A DNA stretch of 64,000 nucleotides from Alphaproteobacteria bacterium (lineage in GTDB: Bacteria > Pseudomonadota > Alphaproteobacteria > CAAHEQ01 > UBA3637), in assembly GCA_017647405.1 (NCBI GenBank), contig JAGCKR010000063.1:6956-70955 (forward strand), written 5' to 3'. Made by a program: the position numbers and the translations under genes. Every line of letters starts with the position of its first letter. The first letter of the stretch is position 1. Positions 59,001 to 64,000 of the stretch are shown one piece after another. The notes under the pieces are model-generated. The model ran no database searches. It was not told the origin of the DNA and worked only from the letters and a program-made list of their open reading frames with translations.

Positions 59001-60177
59001 TTAATGCTTCTTCTCTTGTTGTGTTTTTATCAGCAACCAATGTATTGCGAATATATGGACCAACATTCACATAATCGATATGCAAAACGGGGATTTCTTT
59101 AATTTTAAGTTCATTAATTTTTGCAATATCATCTTCTGTGATTTCATCGCCAGCTTCCATAACAACTTCACCGGTTTTTTCATCAACAAAGTCAACAGCA
59201 ACAAAACGACCATATAATTCGGAAGCAGGAACAATATATTCTTCCAACCCATCTCTTTGAAGTTTGTTGGCTTTACCTAAATTGATTTTTTCACCAGCTT
59301 TCATCAATACTTCGCCTGTTTTGGCATCAATCAAATCGTGTGTTAATTTAACACCTTTCATTTGAGCCGGAACAAAAGCTGTTTTCCAACCTTTTTTATC
59401 TTTTTTGAAGACTGTTGTTTCATAGAAATAATTTAAAATTTCTTCTTTACCCATACCAAAAACTTCATCAGCTGACAATTCAGCGCCTTCAGCACGTTGA
59501 GCTTCTGTTTCAGCGCTATCTAAGGCATAAAGAAGTGAAGAAACCGGCAATTTGCGACGACGGTCAATGCGAACATATAATAAATCTTTCGCATCAAATT
59601 CAAAATCAATCCAAGAACCTCTGTACGGAATAATACGAGCAGCAAACAAATATTTGCCTGATGAATGAGTTTCCCCATTATCATGATCAAAGAAAACACC
59701 CGGAGAACGATGCATTTGAGAAACAACAACACGTTCTGTCCCGTTCACAATAAAGGTTCCTTTCTCCGTCATTAACGGTAAATCACCCATATATACATCT
59801 TGTTCTTTAATATCACGAATTGAACGAGCCCCTGTAACGGCATCAACATCCCAAACAACCAATCTTAATGTTGCACGAACCGGTGCAGAAAACGTTAAAC
59901 TACGCTTCAAACATTCATCAACATCAAATTTTGGAGCATCCAATTCATACTTGATAAACTCCAAATCTCCACGACCACCAAAATCATGAATTGGAAAAAC
60001 TGATTTAAAAACTTCTTGTAAGCCCGTATCCGTTCTTTTATCAACAGGAACACCCCATTGCAAAAATTCTTTATAAGAACTTGTTTGAACATCAATAAGA
60101 TTCGGCATTTCAACAACTGCTTCAATCTTACCAAAATTCTTACGAACTCTTCTACGATTGATTTCGGATTTTATCAT
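56011..60177 (-). CDS. rpoB: DNA-directed RNA polymerase subunit beta
   Basis: The protein is 1388 aa. It has the rifampicin-region sequence [34 protein letters not shown] and the C-terminal [19 protein letters not shown]. Confidence 0.99.
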   Translation of the reverse strand: MIKSEINRRRVRKNFGKIEAVVEMPNLIDVQTSSYKEFLQWGVPVDKRTDTGLQEVFKSVFPIHDFGGRGDLEFIKYELDAPKFDVDECLKRSLTFSAPVRATLRLVVWDVDAVTGARSIRDIKEQDVYMGDLPLMTEKGTFIVNGTERVVVSQMHRSPGVFFDHDNGETHSSGKYLFAARIIPYRGSWIDFEFDAKDLLYVRIDRRRKLPVSSLLYALDSAETEAQRAEGAELSADEVFGMGKEEILNYFYETTVFKKDKKGWKTAFVPAQMKGVKLTHDLIDAKTGEVLMKAGEKINLGKANKLQRDGLEEYIVPASELYGRFVAVDFVDEKTGEVVMEAGDEITEDDIAKINELKIKEIPVLHIDYVNVGPYIRNTLVADKNTTREEALIDIYKIMRPGELPVVETADALFRSMFFDLERYDLSAVGRVKMNLRLGIDTEEVPDSVRVLRKDDILRILKTLVELKDGKGQIDDIDNLGNRRVRSVGELMENQYRLGLLRMERMIRERMTSSEIDSVMPYDLINAKPLSAAVREFFASSQLSQFMDQNNPLSEITHKRRLSALGPGGLTRDRAGMEVRDVHPTHYGRICPIESPEGQNIGLINSLASYAKVNKYGFIESPYRKVVDGKVSSDVVYLSAMEEAKYTIAQANAKLNEQGEFLEEFVTARRAGEVLQAKPSEIDMIDVSPKQVVSVAASLIPFLENDDANRALMGSNMQKQGVPLLKVEAPLVGTGMEAVVAKDSKAAITAKRSGIVTQVDSSRIVIQATDELTTTSAGVDIYTLAKFQRSNQGTCMTQQPLVKTGEIVRKGDIIADGPCTQLGELALGRNVFVAFMPWNGYNYEDSILISERIARDDVFTSIHLEEFEVVARDTKLGQEEITRDIPNVGEEGLKNLDETGIVYIGAEVKAGDILVGKVTPKGETIMTPEEKLLRTIFGEKAADVRDSSLRVPPGVFGTVIDVRVFTRRGIEKDERALAIEQAEISRLAKDRDDEKAILQKSFYDRIRAILIGQKVAKAEGFKSGTVLTEENLKDVANYNLRRISIADDTAMIQVEELIETLNQAEKELQEKFENRVEKLQRGDEMMAGELKKVKVFIATKRKLQPGDKMSGRHGNKGVVSRVLPIEDMPYTEEGRPMDIVLNPLGVPSRMNVGQILETHLGYACRELGRQIGAVVDEVKAQHAKVEDLRAKLKEVYGDREYNNKVAPMDDTALLAMSENLKKGVPIATPVFDGAHQDDISNMLTMAGLSSSGQVTLYDGLTGEPFDRKVTIGYMYMLKLHHLVDEKIHARSIGPYSLVTQQPLGGKAQFGGQRFGEMEVWALEAYGAAYTLQEMLTIKSDDVSGRIKAYETIIRGDNNFEAGIPESFNVLVKEMRSLGLDVELNQNDK

Positions 60178-60283
60178 GTGTACTTTTCCCCATTATCTAA
60201 TATAAACTTTCCGATTAACAGAATCGGAACCGATCTACTCAAGACCTGTCCATTTCACAATCAACGTTTTGAAACCCATAAAA

Positions 60284-60319
60284 TCAAAAAGGCTCGGGCA
60301 ATTCTTCACATTGCCAGCC
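60284..60319 (-). terminator. rplL-rpoB intergenic attenuator/partial terminator
   Basis: The minus strand reads GGCTGGCAAT-gtgaaga-ATTGCCCGAGCC followed by TTTTT. A second GC-rich hairpin (GGGTCGCGCT...AGCGTCGACCC) lies at about 60400-60432. The position matches the classical rplL-rpoB attenuator. Confidence 0.6.
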
Positions 60320-60465
60320 TCTTTAATTATTGTTTTTATAAGTTTTTTTTCGTTTTTTTTCATAAAATTGACAGGTCCTAAGTTAATGCACGCCTTTTGA
60401 CTTCAAGAGGGTCGACGCTGATTTTCATCGAGCGCGACCCACTTTTCATCTGTTTAAAGTTTAAA

Positions 60466-60831
<366 letters not shown>

Positions 60832-60901
60832 TTTATACTCCATAAATATTTTTAAAATGTGTTTCTACACATATTGAATTTGTTTAACAGGTTGACAGGA
60901 A

Positions 60902-61390
60902 TTAAGCAGCAGCTTCTTCTTTTTCTGAATAAGCTTTTGTAACCCGAGCCAATTGACCAGCAGGTGCCTGCAAAAGGCCAACCAACTTGCCGCGAAGTTC
61001 GTCCAAAGAAGGAAGAGATGCCAAAGATTCAACTGTCTTTACATCAATCTTTTCTCCGTTCATAACCCCGCCGACAACTTCAAAGCGATCGTTGTTTTTA
61101 GCCAATTTCACAACGGCTTTAGCTGCTGAAATAGGATCTTCAGAATATGCTAAAGCAGTCGGACCGACCATTAAATCAGAGATTGCTTCACAGGGAGTTC
61201 CTGCCAGAGCCAATTTTGTCAAACGATTTTTTGTTACACGATAGTTGGCTCCGTCTGCACGAACGTTATTACGCAATTCTGTTGTTTCTGCCATTGTAAT
61301 ACCTTTGTTTAAGGCAACAACAACGAGAGCAGCTTTGCTAAAAACGTCTTTCAATTCGGAAATCAACTGTTGTTTCTCTTCACGTTTCAC
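60902..61390 (-). CDS. rplJ: 50S ribosomal protein L10
   Basis: The protein is 162 aa with a GTG start at 61390. It carries ...KGITMAETTELRNNVRADGANYRVTKNRLTKLA. Confidence 0.95.
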   Translation of the reverse strand: MKREEKQQLISELKDVFSKAALVVVALNKGITMAETTELRNNVRADGANYRVTKNRLTKLALAGTPCEAISDLMVGPTALAYSEDPISAAKAVVKLAKNNDRFEVVGGVMNGEKIDVKTVESLASLPSLDELRGKLVGLLQAPAGQLARVTKAYSEKEEAAA

Positions 61391-61637
61391 TTTCTTGTCT
61401 CCGTGTATTAAAAAATAAAAGTTTCCTTTTACTTTTTGTTTAAACCAAGAGTTTTTGAAATCTCAAAAACTCCACTCTTGTCCTGTCCAGAAACATTCCT
61501 CTTTCATTCCTAATGGAATAACTGATTTCGTTTTCTGTCTGTGCCGGTGAAATGCTTCTCTTTAATTTTATCCCGTGATAAAAACCGACAGTCTTGGACA
61601 GGTTTATCGCCCCTCTTAACGAAGGGCGATGTTAAAA
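61391..61637 (-). promoter_or_regulatory. rplJ leader (candidate L10-L12 autoregulatory leader) with GC-rich helices
   Basis: This 247-nt untranslated spacer lies between rplA and rplJ. It has unusually GC-rich complementary segments (CCTGTCCAAGACTGTCGG ... CCGGCACAGACAG ... CTGGACAGG) and a hairpin ATCGCCC/GGGCGAT directly after rplA. Its position is equivalent to known L10 leaders. Confidence 0.45.
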
Positions 61638-62327
61638 TTATGCAACACTTGTTACTGTAACTTTAACACCAACACCTTGTGTTGTGCTTAAAGCAACTTG
61701 TTTCAAGTATACACCTTTTGAGGAAGCAGGTTTCAAAGCAACCAAAGCTTTCACAAAAGCAGCAGCGTTTTCTTGAATTTTTTCAGCTTCAAAACTGACT
61801 TTACCAATACCCGCATGAACAATACCAGCTGAATCAACACGGAATTGAACTTGACCGGCTTTAGCTGCTTTAACAGCTTCCGTTACATCCATTGTAACAG
61901 TACCGAGTTTTGGGTTTGGCATCAAGCCTTTCGGGCCCAAAATTTTACCCAAGCGACCAACAACACCCATCATATCTGGAGTTGCAATTAAACGTTGGAA
62001 ATTAATTTTGCCAGCCATAATATCTTGCATTAAATCTTCGTCACCAACGATGTCAGCACCGGCTTTTTTGGCTTCTTCAGCTTTCGGGCCTTTTGCAAAA
62101 ACAGCAACAGTTAACGTTTTGCCTGTACCGTTTGGCAAAGAAACAGCGCCTCTGATCATTTGATCAGATTGACGAGGATCAACACCTAAACTCACTGCAA
62201 TATCAACTGTTTCATCAAATTTTGCTGTTGCATTTTCTTTGATGAGTTTAACAGCATCTTGAATATCATAGACTTTTGAAGTATCAACAGCTTCGTAAGT
62301 TTTTCTTAATCTTTTACCGTATTTCAT
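61638..62327 (-). CDS. rplA: 50S ribosomal protein L1
   Basis: The protein is 229 aa. It carries [24 protein letters not shown] and [21 protein letters not shown]. Confidence 0.97.
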   Translation of the reverse strand: MKYGKRLRKTYEAVDTSKVYDIQDAVKLIKENATAKFDETVDIAVSLGVDPRQSDQMIRGAVSLPNGTGKTLTVAVFAKGPKAEEAKKAGADIVGDEDLMQDIMAGKINFQRLIATPDMMGVVGRLGKILGPKGLMPNPKLGTVTMDVTEAVKAAKAGQVQFRVDSAGIVHAGIGKVSFEAEKIQENAAAFVKALVALKPASSKGVYLKQVALSTTQGVGVKVTVTSVA

Positions 62328-62331
62328 GCGC

Positions 62332-62760
62332 TTACTCCACTACTTCAATACCCATTGAACGAGCTTGACCAGCAACCATATCCATAGCCGCTTCAACTGT
62401 GTGACAGTTCATATCCGGCATTTTTTCTGTTGCGATTTGTTTAACTTGTTCTTTTGTGATTTTTGCAACTTTTTTACGACCTGGTTCTTTAGATGCGCTC
62501 TTTACGTTAGCAGCTTTTTTAATTAAATAGCTAACTGGAGGCAATTTTGTGACAAACGAAAATGTTCTGTCAGCATAAGCCGTAATAATAACTGGGATTG
62601 GTGTACCCGGTTCCATTTTTTGAGTTTTTGCATTAAATGCTTTACAAAACTCCATGATATTCAAACCACGTTGACCTAAAGCAGGCCCAACTGGTGGTGA
62701 AGGATTTGCTTTACCGGCTTCAATTTGAAGTTTGATAAAGCCAATTACTTTTTTTGCCAT
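62332..62760 (-). CDS. rplK: 50S ribosomal protein L11
   Basis: The protein starts [43 protein letters not shown]. The start was set at the ATG at 62760. Confidence 0.97.
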   Translation of the reverse strand: MAKKVIGFIKLQIEAGKANPSPPVGPALGQRGLNIMEFCKAFNAKTQKMEPGTPIPVIITAYADRTFSFVTKLPPVSYLIKKAANVKSASKEPGRKKVAKITKEQVKQIATEKMPDMNCHTVEAAMDMVAGQARSMGIEVVE

Positions 62761-62886
62761 TTTTAAACCTCTAAAAATATAATTCAATCCAGTTTTTAAA
62801 GTTTGTGGTGCGATAATGGCCTATCTACCACGATTAAAAAGGAAATATGGATTGATTTTATTTCCCTTTTATTTCATTAAAAGGCC

Positions 62887-63414
62887 TTATGCCTTCTTAA
62901 CTTGTGTATAATTCAATTCAAGTGGTGTCAAACGACCAAAAATTGAAACAGACACTTTTAAACGTTCTTTTTCAGCATCCACTTCCTCAACAACACCTGT
63001 AAATGAAGCAAAAGGACCATCACAAACCATAATTTGTTCCCCAACTTCATAAACAACGCTTGATTTTGGTTTTTCAACCCCTTCTTTCACTTGACGCAAA
63101 ATACGTTGAACTTCAGCCTCTGTCATAGGAACAGGTTTTTTACCACCCAAAAACCCAGTTACTTTCGGTGTTGAACTGACCAAATGCCATGTTTCCGGTG
63201 TCATTTCCATTTTCACCAAAACATAACCCGGGAAAAACTTTCTTTCCGTTTCAACTTTTGCACCATTGCGCACACTGACAACATTTTCAGTTGGGACCAA
63301 AACATCCTCAACTCTATCAGTCATACCCTTTTTCTCTGCTTGTTCTTTAATAAAAGCAGCAATTTTATTTTCAAAACCCGAATATGTATGAACGATATAC
63401 CAGCGAGCAGCCAT
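62887..63414 (-). CDS. nusG: Transcription termination/antitermination factor NusG
   Basis: The protein starts MAARWYIVHTYSGFENK, carries FPGYVLVKM, and has a KOW region (GEQIMVCDGPFASFTGVVEEVD). The start was set at 63414. Confidence 0.95.
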   Translation of the reverse strand: MAARWYIVHTYSGFENKIAAFIKEQAEKKGMTDRVEDVLVPTENVVSVRNGAKVETERKFFPGYVLVKMEMTPETWHLVSSTPKVTGFLGGKKPVPMTEAEVQRILRQVKEGVEKPKSSVVYEVGEQIMVCDGPFASFTGVVEEVDAEKERLKVSVSIFGRLTPLELNYTQVKKA

Positions 63415-63418
63415 AAAC

Positions 63419-63607
63419 TTAACCTTCCAAAATAGCCTGAATAATTCCGGCAAAAATCATGTCAATAAAAAACAAAAATAAAGCAATCAAAACACTCATC
63501 ACAATCACAATAATAGAACCTTGCATTGTTTCTTTTCTCGTCGGCCATGTGATCTTTGTGACCTCTTGTTTTACCTGACGAACAAATTGTGCCATTGATA
63601 CTTTCAT
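63419..63607 (-). CDS. secE: Preprotein translocase subunit SecE
   Basis: The protein is about 60 aa. It carries FVRQVKQEVTKITWPTRKET followed by one TM helix. It sits between tRNA-Trp and nusG as in most bacteria. Confidence 0.9.
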   Translation of the reverse strand: MKVSMAQFVRQVKQEVTKITWPTRKETMQGSIIVIVMSVLIALFLFFIDMIFAGIIQAILEG

Positions 63608-63627
63608 TTAATTTTCCTCTTCTAAAT

Positions 63628-63703
63628 TGGCAGGGGCGGCAGGGATCGAACCCGCGACCTTCGGTTTTGGAGACCGACGCTCTACCAGTTGAGCTACACC
63701 CCT
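63628..63703 (-). tRNA. tRNA-Trp (anticodon CCA)
   Basis: The reverse complement reads AGGGGTGTAGCTCAACTGGTAGAGCGTCGGTCTCCAAAACCGAAGGTCGCGGGTTCGATCCCTGCCGCCCCTGCCA. The anticodon loop is CTCCAAA and CCA is encoded. Confidence 0.95.
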
Positions 63704-63747
63704 ATAAACCTACACGAAAACACTTCCGTGTAAAGAAAGACGGGGTT

Positions 63748-63776
63748 ATAATACACTTTTTTAAAAGAAATGTCAA
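63748..63776 (-). promoter_or_regulatory. Candidate sigma70 promoter for tRNA-Trp-secE-nusG
   Basis: On the minus strand: TTGACA (63776-63771), a 17-nt spacer, then TATTAT (63753-63748), about 45 nt upstream of the tRNA 5' end. Confidence 0.5.
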
Positions 63777-63820
63777 TAACTTTTTAAAATTATTTTATAA
63801 AACATATTATTTTACAAAGA

Positions 63821-64000
63821 CTACTCTTTTTCACGCCCTTTAGAGACAGATATTACATTTCGTTTTTCAATAATATTAGTTTTATTTTTTTGATCTAATG
63901 CTAAATCAAAAATACGCCCAATTGCGTAATTGTACCATTCATTTTGACGCAATTTTTTTTCAGTCTGTTGATTAGAAAAACGATACAAATTTTTTGTGGC
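63821..64000 (-). CDS. 3' end of an unidentified CDS running out of the window
   Basis: An open frame runs from the window edge to TAG (63821-63823). The last 59 aa are ATKNLYRFSNQQTEKKLRQNEWYNYAIGRIFDLALDQKNKTNIIEKRNVISVSKGREKE. I recognise no family. It is not on the supplied ORF track because it is under 60 aa within the window. Confidence 0.3.
   Translation of the reverse strand, partial: ATKNLYRFSNQQTEKKLRQNEWYNYAIGRIFDLALDQKNKTNIIEKRNVISVSKGREKE

Noticed and set aside
51823-60177. Numerous 60-123-aa ORFs on either strand inside rpoB and rpoC (for example 52424-52648, 55076-55378, 56470-56811, 58614-58985).
   Set aside because: They are shadow ORFs within very highly conserved long genes, with no independent start signals or recognisable products. 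The same applies to the short antisense ORFs inside groEL, lepA, adhE, nrdD, radA, mlaE and the RND pump gene.

Overview
The window is 64 kb of visibly AT-rich bacterial chromosome. Gene content and order look alphaproteobacterial: tRNA-Trp-secE-nusG-rplKAJL-rpoBC, groESL, yebC-ruvC, zapA with a small coiled-coil partner, mlaEF and rph-rdgB. Several charged or secreted orphan proteins suggest a Rickettsiales/Holosporales-like intracellular symbiont, but that placement is inference only. I call about 58 CDS, mostly on the minus strand, and 3 tRNAs: Ser-GCU, Gly-CCC and Trp-CCA. I also mark a set of hairpin terminators, and a few promoter and leader candidates. I saw no rRNA, CRISPR array, intact IS element or prophage. 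Most of the window is housekeeping core. The observations most worth a second look are listed here. (1) An anaerobic class III ribonucleotide reductase locus has its glycyl-radical segment on a separate 61-aa cistron. That cistron has its own Shine-Dalgarno site and is separated from nrdD by three in-frame TAA codons. (2) Two tRNA loci (Gly-CCC, Ser-GCU) each carry a tandem copy of the tRNA 3' end plus its terminator hairpin. Both are followed by GC/purine-rich ~120-140 nt modules that appear related between the two loci. (3) A ~200-nt structured leader with mutually exclusive hairpins and an intrinsic terminator lies directly upstream of a small beta-barrel outer-membrane protein gene. (4) A single polypeptide fuses an RsbW-like kinase domain, a receiver domain and a PP2C phosphatase. 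(5) A dUTPase-fold protein has all five catalytic motifs degenerate or missing. (6) AdhE and NrdDG together suggest an anaerobic lifestyle. (7) groESL and grpE lack CIRCE and hrcA, and a GC-rich inverted repeat straddles the groESL -35 element. All protein identities come from motif and family recognition by eye; no database search was possible.
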